Origin: Alphaproteobacteria bacterium
Lineage (GTDB): Bacteria > Pseudomonadota > Alphaproteobacteria > UBA828
Assembly: GCA_963422645.2 (NCBI GenBank)
Contig: CAXXVO010000018.1
Span: 1-64,000, forward strand
DNA length: 64,000 bases
Direction: 5' to 3'
A program made the translations under genes and the position numbers. The notes below the pieces were generated by a model. That model was given only the letters and a program-made list of their open reading frames with translations. It was not told the DNA's origin and ran no database searches. This document shows, one piece after another, positions 1 to 10,809 of this stretch (its first letter is position 1; every line of letters starts with the position of its first letter).

Positions 1-2
1 GT

Positions 3-302
3 GGCCATTCCGTCGGCATTCACACACAAGAGATGGCGCATGCCCGCCGGCTGGCGGAGGAGCTGGATACCGCGCGAGTGCTCGTAAACATGGCACATAC
101 CTTCGGAAACGGCGGCGGGTTCGACAGCGGACTTAACTTCACGCTTTCCATGGGCTGCGGAACCTGGCAGGGCAACAGCATCAGCGAAAACCTGAACTAC
201 CGGCACTTCCTCAACATCACCCATCTCGCGGTGCCGATCCCCGAGGACAGGCCCAGCGAGGATGCGCTCTTCGGCGCCTACTGGGACAAGTACGGCAGGT
301 AG
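3..302 (+). CDS. C-terminal part of an acylating aldehyde dehydrogenase (SauS-like sulfoacetaldehyde dehydrogenase); starts before the window
   Basis: GHSVGIHT...GNGGGFDSGLNFTLSMGCGTWQGNSISENLNYRHFLN is the acylating ALDH C-terminal signature; xsc/tau genes nearby. Confidence 0.75.
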   Translation, partial: GHSVGIHTQEMAHARRLAEELDTARVLVNMAHTFGNGGGFDSGLNFTLSMGCGTWQGNSISENLNYRHFLNITHLAVPIPEDRPSEDALFGAYWDKYGR

Positions 303-340
303 GCGTCGCCGGCGGCGGCCTGCGGATCCGAACGACAGAG

Positions 341-1486
341 ATGAACTTCGAGGAACATGCGGCGAAGCCGCTGCTGCAGGCGGCGGGTATTGCGATCCCG
401 CGCGGGCGCGTGGCCCGAAGCGCCGGCGAGGCGGAGGCCGCCGCGGCGGCACTCGGAGTGCCCGTGATGGTCAAGGCGCAAGTGCCGGCGGGCAAGCGGG
501 GCAAGGCCGGCGGTATCCGAGGGGCGTGCGATCCCAAGGCAGCCCGTGACGCAGCGAGCGCAATCCTCGGCATGGAGATCGCGGGGCACCCCGTTGTCTC
601 GGTCCTGGTCGAAGAGCAGATGCAGGTCGCGGCGGAATACTACGCCGCGGTCTTGAGCGACGCGGCGTCCAAGGGGCCGCTGGTCATGTTTTCGCCCGAG
701 GGCGGCATGGACGTCGAGGAGATTGCGGCGTCGATGCCGGACCGGCTGGGGCAAGCGCCTGTCGACATCCTGCGCGGGTTCGACCTGGACTCGGCGCGCG
801 CAATGCAGGGCGGCCTCGGCGTCGACGGCGACGAGGGGCCTGTCGCCGAGACTCTGGTCGCGCTCTATCGCGCGTATCGCGACAACGACGCGGAGCTGCT
901 CGAGATCAATCCCCTCGCCCGGCTCGCGGATGGGCGGCTGGTCGCGCTCGACTGCAAGTTTGTTCTCGACGATTCCGGGATCCAGCGCAGGCAGGACCTC
1001 GCCGGCAGAGGGAGCCCGGAACCGCTCACGGCGCTAGAGGCGAGGGCACGGGCCCTCGGGTTGCGGTACATCGAGCTCGACGGCGACATCGGCGTGCTCG
1101 CCAACGGCGCCGGGCTTACCATGACCACCATGGACGTGATCGCGCATCACGGCGGGCGGCCGGCGAATTTCCTGGAGATCGGCGGCGACGCATACACCAA
1201 GGCCAGGCCGGCCTTGGAGCTCGTGCTCGACAACCCCAAGATCAAGTGTCTCTTGGTGAACTTCTGCGGTGCCTTCGCGCGCACCGACGTGATGACCGGC
1301 GGGCTGCTCGACGCCTGGGAGGCGCTCAAGCCATCCATTCCGGTGTTCTTCAGCGTGCGCGGCACCGGCTCGGCCGAGGCGCAGGCGATGCTGCGCGAAC
1401 GACTCGGCGTGACCCCCTGCAAGACGATGGACGGGGCAATTGTCGCGGCAATCGCGGCGGCTAGCGACGCCGGAGCTTCCCGATGA
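341..1486 (+). CDS. Succinyl-CoA synthetase-like ADP-forming CoA ligase, beta subunit
   Basis: KAQVPAGKRGKAGGI, EINPL, NGAGLTMTTMD, PANFLEIGG ATP-grasp/SucC motifs. Confidence 0.9.
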   Translation: MNFEEHAAKPLLQAAGIAIPRGRVARSAGEAEAAAAALGVPVMVKAQVPAGKRGKAGGIRGACDPKAARDAASAILGMEIAGHPVVSVLVEEQMQVAAEYYAAVLSDAASKGPLVMFSPEGGMDVEEIAASMPDRLGQAPVDILRGFDLDSARAMQGGLGVDGDEGPVAETLVALYRAYRDNDAELLEINPLARLADGRLVALDCKFVLDDSGIQRRQDLAGRGSPEPLTALEARARALGLRYIELDGDIGVLANGAGLTMTTMDVIAHHGGRPANFLEIGGDAYTKARPALELVLDNPKIKCLLVNFCGAFARTDVMTGGLLDAWEALKPSIPVFFSVRGTGSAEAQAMLRERLGVTPCKTMDGAIVAAIAAASDAGASR

Positions 1487-2352
1487 TCGTGCGGGGCGCA
1501 GACCGCGTGCTCGTTCAGGGAATCACCGGCAAGCAGGGCACGTACTGGACCGAGCGCATGCAAGCATACGGCACGCAGGTCGTCGCGGGCGTGAACCCCA
1601 AGAAGGCGGGCACCGAGCATTGCGGCGTGCCGGTCTACGCGAGCGCCGGCGATGCCATGCGCGAGGTCGGCTTCGACGTGTCGGTGCTGTTCATCCCGCC
1701 GCTCGGGGTGAAGGCGGCGGCGCAGGATGCAATGGAAGCGGGATGCGCGCGCCTCGTCGTCCTTACCGAGCATGTTCCGGTGCAGGACGTGATGGAGTTG
1801 CTGGCGATGGCACGGGCGAATGGCGCCGCCATCGTCGGGCCCAACACCGCAGGGCTGGTGACGCCCGCCGAGTGTTTCGTCGGCTTTATGCCAGCGTTCG
1901 AGTCCGACGTCTTCCGGCCGGGCGGGATTGGTGTGATCTCCCGCAGCGGCAGCCTCGGTACCCTGGTCTGCCTCAACTTGGTGCAGGCGGGCTTCGGGCA
2001 ATCCGCCTTCATCGGTATCGGCGGTGATCCGATCGTCGGAACGACCATCCGCGACGCGCTGGAGGTGCTGGATGCCGACGAGCGCACCGATGCAGTCGTG
2101 GTGGTCGGCGAGATCGGCGGGACGATGGAGGAGGACGCGGCGGAGTACGCGCGAGGCATGGCCAAGCCGGTCGTCGCCTTCATTGCCGGCGCCGCGTCGC
2201 CGCCCGGCAAGAAGATGGGACACGCCGGCGCCATCGTGATGGGCGACAAGGGCACTTACACATCGAAGCGCAAGGCGTTGGAAGCAGCCGGGGTGGCGGT
2301 GCTTGCCACGCCTTCCGAGGTTGGGCGCGCTCTTCACGCGGCGCTGGGCTGA
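1483..2352 (+). CDS. Succinyl-CoA synthetase-like CoA ligase, alpha subunit
   Basis: VQGITGKQG, GPNTAG, SRSGSL, GIGGDP, MGHAGA (phospho-His); ATGA overlap with the beta subunit. Confidence 0.9.
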   Translation: MIVRGADRVLVQGITGKQGTYWTERMQAYGTQVVAGVNPKKAGTEHCGVPVYASAGDAMREVGFDVSVLFIPPLGVKAAAQDAMEAGCARLVVLTEHVPVQDVMELLAMARANGAAIVGPNTAGLVTPAECFVGFMPAFESDVFRPGGIGVISRSGSLGTLVCLNLVQAGFGQSAFIGIGGDPIVGTTIRDALEVLDADERTDAVVVVGEIGGTMEEDAAEYARGMAKPVVAFIAGAASPPGKKMGHAGAIVMGDKGTYTSKRKALEAAGVAVLATPSEVGRALHAALG

Positions 2353-2421
2353 GTGCGTGATTGCGCGGCCAGTCTCGCTGGCTAGCATTCAAGTTAACGA
2401 CAGGCGGAAGGGAAGAGGCAC

Positions 2422-3564
2422 ATGACGGATGCGAACCAGCCCGAGGTGCATCGGGGCCTGAAGGATCTGTGCTTCGATCGATCGCCGACCACGCTCATCG
2501 ACGGCCGCGCCGGCGAGCTCCGCTATCGGGGGTACTCGATCCACGATCTCGCCCAGCACTCGTCGTTCGAGGAGACCGCCTACCTCCTGCTCCACGGTGA
2601 GCTTCCGACGCGGACTCAGTTTGCGGCCTTCGACGGCGCGTTGAAGGAGGCGCGCACGCTGCCCGGCGCGATCCACGACATCATCGGCGCGGTGAAGGAC
2701 TCGCACCCCATGGACGTGCTGCGGACCGCAGTCTCCGCGCTTGCCGCCTACGATCCCGATACGAGCGACAACTCAATGGAGGCGACGCGCCGCAAGAGCA
2801 TCCGGCTCACCTCGCAGGTGCCGATGATCGTGACCGCGCACCACCACATCCGCCAGGGCCGTGGGCCGGTGCCTGCGAGCGCGGACCTCGGCCATGCCGC
2901 GAACTTCCTCTACATGCTCAAGGGGGAAGCGCCGAGCGAGGACGCTTCATCGTTGATGGACACCGACATGGTGCTGCACGCCGAGCACGGCTCCAACGCC
3001 TCCTCGTTCACCGCGCGGGTCGTCGTCAGCACTGATGCGAACCTGCATGCGGGCATCACTGCGGCGGTGGCCGCGCTCTCCGGCCCCGCGCACGGCGGCG
3101 CGGCCGAGAACGTGATGCGCATGGCCAGAGAGATCGACGATCCGGCCAAGGCGGCGGACTACGTCAAGGCGAAGCGGAAGGCGCGCGAGCCGATCATGGG
3201 CTTCGGCCACCGGGTCTACCGGGCCGAGGACCCCCGCGCCCGGCACATGCGCGAAGGGGTCAGGCGGCTCTCGGAAGAGATGGGGGAGCCGCAGTGGCAC
3301 GCGATCCTCGAAGCGCTAGTCGAGGCTATGCGCCCCTACGCCCGGCACGGCGTCAACGTGAACGTCGATTTCTACGCGGGCGTCGTCTACTACCTGCACG
3401 GGATCCCGGAGGACTTGTTCGTGCCGATCTTCGCCATCGGGCGGATCCCGGGGTGGACCGTGCAGGCGATGGAGCAGCTTGAGAACAACATCCTGATCCG
3501 CCCGCGCCTGCTCTACACCGGGCCCGACGCGCGCGAGTACGTTCCGATCGACGAACGGGGATAA
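2422..3564 (+). CDS. Citrate/2-methylcitrate synthase
   Basis: LRYRGY, HAEHGSNAS, GPAHGGA, MGFGHRVY..EDPR, NVDFYAG motifs. Confidence 0.92.
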   Translation: MTDANQPEVHRGLKDLCFDRSPTTLIDGRAGELRYRGYSIHDLAQHSSFEETAYLLLHGELPTRTQFAAFDGALKEARTLPGAIHDIIGAVKDSHPMDVLRTAVSALAAYDPDTSDNSMEATRRKSIRLTSQVPMIVTAHHHIRQGRGPVPASADLGHAANFLYMLKGEAPSEDASSLMDTDMVLHAEHGSNASSFTARVVVSTDANLHAGITAAVAALSGPAHGGAAENVMRMAREIDDPAKAADYVKAKRKAREPIMGFGHRVYRAEDPRARHMREGVRRLSEEMGEPQWHAILEALVEAMRPYARHGVNVNVDFYAGVVYYLHGIPEDLFVPIFAIGRIPGWTVQAMEQLENNILIRPRLLYTGPDAREYVPIDERG

Positions 3565-3568
3565 GCAG

Positions 3569-4567
3569 TCAGGCCATCGCTGCGGTAATCGCCGCCGCGG
3601 CCACGATGTCGTCCACCGTCGCCCCACGCGAGAGATCGCAGAGCGGCCGCGCGAAGCCTTGCAGGAAGGGCCCGATCGCGCGCATTCGGCCTAAGTGCTC
3701 GCAGAGCTTGTAGCCGATGTTGCCGGCGTCGAGGTCCGGGAAGACGAGCACGTTTGCCCTGCCCGCCACATCGCTCGGGCTCTCGGCGTGCTCCGCGCGC
3801 GTCCCGCGCGACATCTTGAGCGCGGCGACCCGCGGCACGAGCGCGGCGTCCGCTTGGAGCTCGCCATCGACCGCGATCTCCGGCGCCCGCGAGCGCACGA
3901 TCTCCACCGCGCGGCGGACCTTCTCGACCCGTTCATGCTTGGCGCTCCCGCGGGTGGAGAACGACAGCATTGCCACCCGCGCAGGAACCCCCAATCGCTC
4001 GGCGCTGGCGGCCGACGCAATGGCGATATCCGCGAGCGCGTCTGCGTCCGGATCGACGTTGACCGCGCAGTCGGCGAAGACCAGCGGATCGCCATCCCCA
4101 CTGGGCACCATGATAAAGAAGCTCGATGGCGTCGCGATGCCGTCCGCGAGACCCACCGACATCAGCCCGGCCTCGATGACCCGCGCCGTGGGCTGGCTGG
4201 CGCCGGCTACGAGCGCATCGGCATCGCCGGCCTTCACCGCCATCGCCGCGTAGAAGAGCGGCTTCGCGAGCAGACGTCGCGCCACCCGCTCGTTCGCCTT
4301 CGGCCGGCCTTGGACGTAGAGCGCCGCATAGGCATCAAGCGCTTCGCTCGTCCGCGGCGATACGCTCTCGATCGCATCGAGCGGCGCGTCGGCTGCTGCG
4401 GCCGACACTTCCAGCGCCTCACGATCGCCGATCAGGAGAGGCCGGGCGATGCCTTCGTCGTGCAGTCGCCGGGCCGCTTGAAGGATCCTCGGGTCGTCGC
4501 CCTCCGGCAGGACGATGGTGCGCCGACGTGCTTTCGCTTGCGCGATGAGGCGCTCGACGAGGTCCAC
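3569..4567 (-). CDS. pta: Phosphate acetyltransferase
   Basis: [43 protein letters not shown]; directly downstream of xsc. Confidence 0.92.
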   Translation of the reverse strand: MDLVERLIAQAKARRRTIVLPEGDDPRILQAARRLHDEGIARPLLIGDREALEVSAAAADAPLDAIESVSPRTSEALDAYAALYVQGRPKANERVARRLLAKPLFYAAMAVKAGDADALVAGASQPTARVIEAGLMSVGLADGIATPSSFFIMVPSGDGDPLVFADCAVNVDPDADALADIAIASAASAERLGVPARVAMLSFSTRGSAKHERVEKVRRAVEIVRSRAPEIAVDGELQADAALVPRVAALKMSRGTRAEHAESPSDVAGRANVLVFPDLDAGNIGYKLCEHLGRMRAIGPFLQGFARPLCDLSRGATVDDIVAAAAITAAMA

Positions 4568-6334
4568 TATTGGGAGTGCATGTCGGCGCCGTCGATGCCG
4601 GCCACGACGTTCGGCTTCTTCATCGCATCCCGGCGGAAGGGCTCGCCCAGCTCCTGGTTCAGGATGACCTCGATGAAGGTCGTGACGCCCTCGGCCTGCG
4701 CTTCACACGACTCACGGAGTGCTGCCGTCAGCTCCTCCATCGTGCTTACCGCGACGCCCTTCAGTCCGCACGCGTCCGCGACCCTGGCGTAGCTGAGGTC
4801 GGGGTTCAGCTCGGTGCCGACAAAGTTGTTGTCGTACCAGAGGATCGAGTTGCGCTTCTCCGCGCCCCACTGGTAGTTGCGGAAGATCACCATGGTGATC
4901 GCCGGCCATCCCTCGCGCCCCATGGATGCCATCTCGCTCATGGAAATGCCGAAGGCGCCATCGCCGGCGAAGCCGACGACCGACACGTCCGGGCAGCCGA
5001 TCTTTGGCGCCGATGATAGCCGGGAAGCCGTACCCGCAGGGCCCGAAGAGGCCCGGCGCGAGGTATTTTCGTCCCTCCTCGAAGGTCGGGTAGGCGTTGC
5101 CGATGGCGCAATTGTTGCCGATGTCGGACGAGATGATGGCGTCCTTCGGCAGGCCGTCCTGAATGGCGCGCCATGCCATCCGCGCCGACATCCGGTCGGG
5201 CTCGCGAGTGCGGGCGTCCACGTTCCAGGTGGTTCCCGGGTCGTCGTCCTCGTGGTCCATGCTGGCGAGCGTCTGGAGCCAGGCGGAGCGGGTCTGATGG
5301 ATCGCCGCCCGGCGCTCCTCACGGCCCGCGTCGCCCGCGGTGTTTGAGAGCTGCTCGCGCAGCTGCTGTGCCACCTTCTTCGCGTCACCGCAGATCCCGA
5401 CCGTGACCTTCTTGGTGAGGCCGATGCGATCCGGGTTCATGTCCACCTGAATGACCGCGGCATCCTTGGGCCAGTAGTCGATGCCGTAGCCCGGCAGAGT
5501 GGAAAAGGGGTTGAGGCGGGTGCCCAGCGCCAGCACCACGTCCGCCTGCGCGATCAGCTCCATCGCGGCCTTGGAGCCGTTGTAGCCGAGGGGGCCGACG
5601 GCAAGCGGGTGCGAGCCGGGGAAGCTGTCGTTGTGCTGGTAGCCGGAGCAGACCGGCGCGTCGAGGCGTTCGGCAAGCGCCCGGCACGCGTCGATTGCCT
5701 CTCCAATCACCACACCGCCGCCCGAGAGGATTACCGGGAAGCGGGCTTCGGAAAGAAGCCGCGCCGCCTCTGCGACCGAGCTCTCGCCACCCGCCGAGCG
5801 CTCGAGGTGCACGATCGGCGGCAGATCGACATCAATCTCCTGGGTCCAGAGATCGCGCGGCACGTTGATCTGTGCGGGTGCGGACTGGCGGAATGCGTTC
5901 TCGATCACCCGATTGAGCACCTCCGCCATGCGGGAGGCGTCGCGCACTTCCTCCTGGTAGCAGACCATCTCCTCGAAGAGCGCCATCTGCGCCACCTCCT
6001 GGAACCCGCCCTGGCCGATGGTCTTGTTGGCCGCCTGGGGAGTCACCAGCAGCAGGGGCGTGTGGTTCCAGTAGGCGGTCTTCACCGGGGTCACGAGATT
6101 GGTGATGCCGGGGCCGTTCTGGCCGATGCACATCGCGATCTTGCCGCTGGCACGGGTGTAGCCGTCGCACATGAAGCCCGCGTTGCTCTCGTGGGCCACG
6201 TCCCAGAAGGTGATGCCGGCCTTCGGGAAGAGGTCCGAGATCGGCATGAAGGCGGAGCCGATGATGCCGAACACGTGCTCGATCCCGTGCCGTTGCAGCA
6301 CCTTCACGAAGGCTTCTTCAGTGGTCATTCTCAT
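4567..6334 (-). CDS. xsc: Sulfoacetaldehyde acetyltransferase (ThDP-dependent) with an apparent 1-nt frameshift near 5003-5005
   Basis: [11 protein letters not shown]...GIIGSAF N-terminus; GDGAFGIS...[10 protein letters not shown]...[12 protein letters not shown]-terminus in a shifted frame; removing one T from TTT at 5003-5005 restores GAKIGCPD. Confidence 0.9.
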
Positions 6335-6401
6335 GGCGATACGTTCCCGTTCCTTTCGTTTCCTGACTGCTGCCACACGAAGGCCGGCAGCTTCGACGGC
6401 A

Positions 6402-7319
6402 TCAGCCCTTCCCCTTCCAGGGGATCAGCCATGATTCGAGCAGGCGCATGAGCATCTCGATGGCGAAGCCGATCGCGCCGATGATGATGATCCCGATCAC
6501 GACCACGTCGGTCTGGAGGAAGTTCTTGGCGATCATCATCATCGAGCCGACGCCCTGATCCGCCGCCACAAGCTCGGCCGCGACCAGCGTTCCCCAGCAC
6601 ACACCCATGGAGATCCTGAGGCCCGTGAATATCTCGGGGAGCGCGTTCGGCAGGATGACGTAGCGCAGCACTTGATACTTGGAGGCGCCCAGGGAATAGG
6701 CCGCGTGGACCTTGGAGATCTGCACCGAGCTTACGCCTGCGCGGGCGGCGATCAGCATGATGAAGAGCGCCGCCAGGAAGAGCAGGAAGATCTTGGCGAC
6801 CTCGTCGATCCCCAGCCACAGGATCACGAGCGGGATCAGGGCGAGCGGCGGGATCGGGCGGACGAACTCGACGATGGGGTCGAAGAGACCGCGCGCCACC
6901 GAGTTCAGGCCCATGGCAAAGCCGAGCGGAATGCCGACGGCCGCGCCGATGATGACGCCGAGGAGCACGCGCTTGACCGAGGTCCCGACGTGCTCCCAGA
7001 GCGAAATGTTGCGGTAGCCATCGACCAAGAGGCTGACGAAGCGGTCGACGACGCCGGGCCTGGCGCGATCGGGGTTGTCCCAGGGATAGAGGCTGCCTTC
7101 GAGCGGCGGCCAGAAGAGGGGATCGATGATCCCGCTGACGGTCGCAAGCCACCAGGCCAGGATCAGCAGGATCAGGGTCAGGACAGACCACAGGCGGCCG
7201 GAGTTCACCGCCGAGGCATCGCCGAACTTGACCGTCTTCTGCCGGGTGAACGAGGTGTCCGCGATGCCGAGCCACATGGCCCAGCGCGAGGGTTGCCCGC
7301 CTTGCTTGCGCTTCGCCAC
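6402..7319 (-). CDS. tauC: Taurine/sulfonate ABC transporter permease
   Basis: RPIPPLALIPL, AAYSLGAS, LVAAEL motifs; context. Confidence 0.8.
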   Translation of the reverse strand: MAKRKQGGQPSRWAMWLGIADTSFTRQKTVKFGDASAVNSGRLWSVLTLILLILAWWLATVSGIIDPLFWPPLEGSLYPWDNPDRARPGVVDRFVSLLVDGYRNISLWEHVGTSVKRVLLGVIIGAAVGIPLGFAMGLNSVARGLFDPIVEFVRPIPPLALIPLVILWLGIDEVAKIFLLFLAALFIMLIAARAGVSSVQISKVHAAYSLGASKYQVLRYVILPNALPEIFTGLRISMGVCWGTLVAAELVAADQGVGSMMMIAKNFLQTDVVVIGIIIIGAIGFAIEMLMRLLESWLIPWKGKG

Positions 7320-7329
7320 GGCCCGCTCG

Positions 7330-8136
7330 TCAGCCCCTGTCCGCGCCGCTCATGATCTCCTCCTCCATCTCCCAGATCATGGAGAGGATCTCCTCGCGGG
7401 CTTCGATGAAAGCGGGCTGGGCCTTGATCGCGCGGGCGTCGCCTTCGACACCCTGCTCGGCGAAAGGAAGCTCATACTCCTTGTGTATCCGGCCGGGGCG
7501 CGGCGCCATCACCACCAGGCGCTCACCGAGGAAGAGCGCCTCCTCGACCGAATGGGTGATCAGGATGATGGTCTTGCCGGTCTCCTTCCAGAGCTTGAGC
7601 ACGAGGCCCTGCATCTTCTCGCGGGTCAGCGCGTCGAGCGCGCCGAGCGGCTCGTCCATCAGGATCACGTCCGGATCGTTCGCCAGGCACCGGGCCAGGG
7701 CCACGCGCTGCTGCATGCCGCCGGAGAGCTGATAGACCGGCTTGTCGGCGAAGTCCCGCAGCGCCACGGTGTCGAGCAGCCGCCCGACCGTCTTCTTGAT
7801 CTCGGCGCGGGGCACCCCGCACATGCGCGGGCCGAAGCTCACGTTCTGGGCGACCGTCATCCACTCGAAGAGCGCGCCCTGCTGGAACACCACGCCGCGT
7901 TCCTTGTGCGGGCCGGTCACCTGATGGCCGTTGAGAAGCGCCTGGCCTGCGGTCGGCGCGAGGAAGCCGCCGACGATGTTGAGCAAGGTGGTCTTGCCGC
8001 AGCCGGAAGGGCCCAGCACGGCCATCAGTTCACCGGGCTTCAGGTGCAGCGAGACATCTTCAAGGGCATGGACCTTGCCGCCGTTCGGCAAGGTGAAGAC
8101 CATCGAGACGTTGTCGATGACCAGCCCGTCCATCAC
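7330..8136 (-). CDS. tauB: Taurine/sulfonate ABC transporter ATP-binding protein
   Basis: [33 protein letters not shown]. Confidence 0.85.
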   Translation of the reverse strand: MMDGLVIDNVSMVFTLPNGGKVHALEDVSLHLKPGELMAVLGPSGCGKTTLLNIVGGFLAPTAGQALLNGHQVTGPHKERGVVFQQGALFEWMTVAQNVSFGPRMCGVPRAEIKKTVGRLLDTVALRDFADKPVYQLSGGMQQRVALARCLANDPDVILMDEPLGALDALTREKMQGLVLKLWKETGKTIILITHSVEEALFLGERLVVMAPRPGRIHKEYELPFAEQGVEGDARAIKAQPAFIEAREEILSMIWEMEEEIMSGADRG

Positions 8137-8256
8137 GCTCCCTTCTTCCCGGGCCCGAAAGGGCCTGGACCCTAACAGCCGCGGGCGTCCCGCGCCATGA
8201 GCACAAGGCGCCGATCCCCGCTAGGTGCGAGGACCGGCTATCGGCAACGGAGTCCC

Positions 8257-8291
8257 CTCCCTGCCTCCCGGAGGAGAGTGGAGGCAGGGAG
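8257..8291. promoter_or_regulatory. Intercistronic 12-bp stem-loop between tauA and tauB
   Basis: CTCCCTGCCTCC (8257-8268) pairs with GGAGGCAGGGAG (8280-8291). Confidence 0.55.
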
Positions 8292-8341
8292 GAGTTGCCG
8301 CCGCTGCTGCGGCCCGCCGGCCGCAGTCGCCCCCCTAGGGC

Positions 8342-8542
8342 CTAGAGGAAGCTGTCGTCGATCGCGGAGTCGTAGCTGTCCAGCGCGCTGTCGAGCTGGC
8401 CCTGCTGGACGAAGAAGTCCGCCACTTCCTTGGTGAAGGCCTGCACGGTGCCGCCCATCCAGGCCTCGGACTTCTGGTCCGCCGCAGACGGGAACGAGAA
8501 CATGCCGAGCATGTCTTCCGTCGCCGCGAGGTCCATGCCGGC
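8342..8542 (-). pseudogene. tauA: C-terminal remnant of the taurine ABC substrate-binding protein, cut by the IS4 end
   Basis: AGMDL..FSFPSAADQKSEAWMGG..VADFFVQQGQLDSALDSYDSAIDDSFL; frame stops at the IS end at 8543. Confidence 0.7.
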
Positions 8543-9475
8543 CAATGGCATTCACTTAGCGGTTTTCGACTGTTCACTTAAGGAGTCGTGTTCTTGCGCT
8601 GTCGGTTGCGTGCGTTTCTGTCGTTCAGGTGTTCAGGCGACGGCCCGCTTTGCGCGTGCCCACTTGCCGCGGGGTTTGCGCGACCTGCGTTCGCAGGACC
8701 GGCCGGGGCGCGGGCGCTGACGCGCCTGGTTGATGCAGGAGAGGACATGGCTGAGGGTTTCGGCGACCATCGCCGTATGGCGCAGCAGCAGCGCTTCGAG
8801 GTTGCGCGCGACGGTGGCGAGGCCGTTGCTGAAGTTGGCTTTCATCGCCGGCTTGCCGTCGGCAGGGCGCTCGGCGTCGAGGCTTGCGTTGCTGCGGTTG
8901 GTGAAGAGCCGGGTCATGGCGATGAGGTTGAAGTGGGCGAAGAGCTCCTGGCGGACGCCGCGCTCGGTCTGGCTGTGGAAGGCCTCGACGGCCATGGCCT
9001 GTTTCGAGGTCTTGTAGAGTTCCTCGATTCCCCAGCGCGCGTGATAGAGCTCGGCCAGTTCCGCGACGCTCCAGGCCTTGGGGTCGAGGAGGGTGGTGGC
9101 GAGGATGAAGACCGTGCTGCCGATGCGGTAGCGGACCAGTCGCAGGCGCAGCGGGGTGGCGTCGACGTGCGGCGTCTTGCGGCGCAGCTTTCTCAGGGTG
9201 TCCTTTCCGGGAGCGACGGTGATCGGCGCGTCCGTGCGGCCGTCGGCGATGAAGGCGTCGAGGGCGGCGCCTGCCTTGAAGGCGTCGAGGGCGGCGCCTG
9301 CCTTCTTCTTGATCCGGAACACGGGGTGCAGGCCGCGGGCGACATGGGCGTGCAGCATCTCCCAAGAGTAGTAGCCGCGGTCATAGACCACGATGTCGTT
9401 GGCCGAGAGCGCCTTGAGGTGGGCGAGGGCGGCCCTTCTTTCGTCGCCGTGCGCGACCAGGTCGAAGTCCACCGG
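8543..9475 (-). mobile_element. Truncated IS4-family element (3' half of transposase 8633-9475 plus terminal end)
   Basis: VYDRGY and YHARWGIEELYKTSK (YREK-type) motifs; end sequence CAATGGCATTCACTTA; 5' part lost at the junction with the next transposon. Confidence 0.8.
9251..9304. repeat. 27-bp tandem duplication in the IS4 transposase (KAGAALDAF x2)
   Basis: GAAGGCGTCGAGGGCGGCGCCTGCCTT occurs twice in tandem. Confidence 0.9.
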
Positions 9476-9625
9476 TGAGCGCGCGCGGTCTTTCAGCGGG
9501 GATCGGGGCCTGATCCGCTCGGATTTGTTGAGGTTTTGGGGCGGGTGCCCCTCGGCGAACTTGCAAGAAGTTCGCCGGGGGGCTTTGTCTCGTGGTGACG
9601 GTCACAATCGCCAGAGACGGCCCCA

Positions 9626-10243
9626 ATGTCGCACAACATTTTCCGCCACTCCATGCTTTGCAACGCCCTGGTCTGGGCCTGGCTGCGCGAGGTCGATGAG
9701 GCCGAGGCGGCGCGCTGCCGCGAGGCGGGCTGCCGACACTGCCCCGGCAAGCTGCACAGCGCGACGTATCCGCGCAAGCCGTACGGTCTGGCAGCCGAGT
9801 TGAGGGAAGAGGGCACGCGGCGGTTCAGCTTCTGCTGCGCGGATTGCCGCCTGCGAGCGACCCCACCATCGGTACGATTCTTCGGGCGCCGCTTTTATCT
9901 GGGCGCCCTGTTCGTTCTGTTGAGTGCACTGGTTCTGAGAGGCGGGGTGCGGTTGCAGACGATCAAGCGGAAGTGGGGGGTCTCGGTCGCCACACTGCGC
10001 CGCTGGCGGAAGTGGTGGCTGGAGGCGTTCCCGGCGACGGAGCCCTGGGGAGCGAAGCGTGGCGAACTGGTGATGCCACCCGAGGAGGTGCCGCTGCCCT
10101 TCGTGCTGCGGCAGATGCGGGGCGGACGCTTCGGTGAGCGTCTGTTCCTGAGCCTGATCTGGTTCAAGCCGTGGACGGGCTATTGCGGGCTCGGCGATGG
10201 CTCGGCGCCGCCCGCAGAAAGTGTTCCTGTCACGCCCGGATAG
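9626..10243 (+). CDS. Transposon accessory protein, Cys-rich (putative zinc-binding) with a probable HTH
   Basis: CRHC and CCADC motifs; GVSVATLRRWRKWW HTH-like segment; first ORF inside the left end. Confidence 0.6.
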   Translation: MSHNIFRHSMLCNALVWAWLREVDEAEAARCREAGCRHCPGKLHSATYPRKPYGLAAELREEGTRRFSFCCADCRLRATPPSVRFFGRRFYLGALFVLLSALVLRGGVRLQTIKRKWGVSVATLRRWRKWWLEAFPATEPWGAKRGELVMPPEEVPLPFVLRQMRGGRFGERLFLSLIWFKPWTGYCGLGDGSAPPAESVPVTPG

Positions 10244-10809
10244 GGCGTTCTACATGGGCATCTCTCCGATGCGGCGAGGGAGGGATGCCGGAATGGACAA
10301 GGACGACGCGGGCGCCAGGCGCGAGAAGTGGGCCCGGCTGCGCTTTGCGGTGGTGGGGCCGCTTCTGGCTTCACCGCCGCCTGCAGGCCAGCTGGGGGCC
10401 GAGTTCGAGCGTCTGTCGCAGCGCGACTGGGAGCACCCGTCGGGCAAGGGGCCGGTGCGCTTTGCGGCCTCGACGATCGAGCGCTGGTACTACCGGGCGC
10501 GGGCAGAGGAGCAGGACCCGGTCAAGGCGCTGCGCCGGAAGCCTCGGACCGACGTCGGCCGCGAGCGGTCCATGTCGGCGGGGCTGATCGCGGCGCTGCG
10601 CGAGCAGTACCGGGTCCATCCCTCGTGGGCGGCGCAGCTCCACTACGAGACCCTCAAGGCTCATGTTGCGACCCATCCCGAGCTCGGCCCGATGCCGTCC
10701 TACGCGACGCTGACGCGGGCGATGCGCAATCGCGGCCTGGTGCGCGAGCGCCCCAGGAAGTGGCACGAGGGTGAGGACAAGCCGGCGGTCGAAGCCCGCG
10801 AGGTCCTTA

